Shown in pieces: positions 35,253 through 36,047 of a stretch of 36,047 nucleotides of DNA. The position numbers were made by a program, and so were the translations under genes. The stretch covers positions 1 to 36,047 of the forward strand of contig UYFQ01000854.1 of the NCBI GenBank assembly GCA_900617105.1, given 5' to 3'. Under the pieces are notes generated by a model that was given only the letters and a program-made list of their open reading frames with translations, was not told the DNA's origin and did not search any database. The stretch is from Hydrurus foetidus. Its lineage: Eukaryota. Every line of letters begins with the position of its first letter. Within the stretch, counting starts at the first letter, position 1.

Positions 35253-36047
35253 ATCGATTATGTCACAACAGTTACTGGTACAGTTGCAATTGCTACTCTA
35301 AATGTTTGTCACAATCGAACAATGAATACACTGTGTCGAGCTGGGACTTGAGATTGCAGTCAATCACGTGAGTGGCAGCGCATCAAAATGTTAGCAGTAA
35401 CCGAAATTTGGATGACTTGCTCATCATGCGCAACTCGCAACACTTCCCCCAAGAAAAGGTTTGAATTTTGGAGGCGAAGTGATTTGAAGAGAAAATCTGG
35501 AAGAAGATCTGCGATCTCCAATCTCATCTGTAATTTACTCGGTCCAAGATCCTGATCGATGTTGATGTCAAGTTGGATTGATTCTCTGTCATGCTGTAGC
35601 GCTCTATCTTGGTTTCTTACCATCTTTCAACATCGACTTTTGATGTGGCTGACTCCCCGTCGAATCCGGTCAGATTGGATTGATCCCCTCTCATCGATGA
35701 TGAGATTGGATTGAAATGTAAAGTCAATCCAATCTCGTCGTAGCAGAGAATACCATATGCATACATCAGATAACATGTTTGAGCAGGATGACTGGGTCAC
35801 ACAATACCACATCCGATTATCTTCCAGGCAGCAGTCATGCAGCAGAATTAGATCTACACTTCGGATTACCGCGTGGATATCGAAATGTTCCATAATTCCG
35901 TCCTGTTCAGTCTCCTGTGTTGCCTGCTTTTTAATTTGGGTTTCGCCCAGTCGTTAAGAGGGCAGTCGGTGAGGGTCGATTACAATTGTGCCTCCAATGA
36001 TATCAATGCTAATTCCTTGAAGACTGCCATCACTTCATCTTGGGAGA

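Noticed and set aside
35360..36047. Two same-frame minus ORFs separated by one TGA (selenocysteine or readthrough)
   Set aside because: No recognisable protein or selenoprotein motif, further stops lie upstream, and the coding strand cannot be determined.

Overview
Eukaryotic, intron-containing genomic DNA. A stramenopile-like protist is my guess from gene style (PT-rich repeats, RRL-motif modules, simple-repeat-filled introns); it is not proven. From left to right: (1) a 5'-incomplete Ty3/Gypsy chromovirus LTR retrotransposon (copy A) inserted into (2) the 3' part of a hAT-type DNA transposon; (3) a minus-strand multi-exon CCDC17-like gene with clean splice sites but two in-frame stops and a frameshift; (4) a full-length second copy (B) of the same chromovirus, with non-identical LTRs, no target-site duplication, a palindromic sequence in place of a tRNA primer-binding site, and a 1-bp frameshift before the chromodomain; (5) a five-exon, 3023-aa sedolisin (S53/TPP1-like) protease on a stalk of about 60 Cys-containing Pro/Thr/Ser repeats, followed by an SEA-like module and one TM helix; (6) small MITE-like foldback elements; (7) a four-exon LIV-1/ZIP7-like zinc transporter. 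The most interesting items are the membrane-tethered giant sedolisin and the priming/LTR anomalies of the chromovirus. All alignments and counts were made by eye, and family assignments rest on motif recall rather than database searches.
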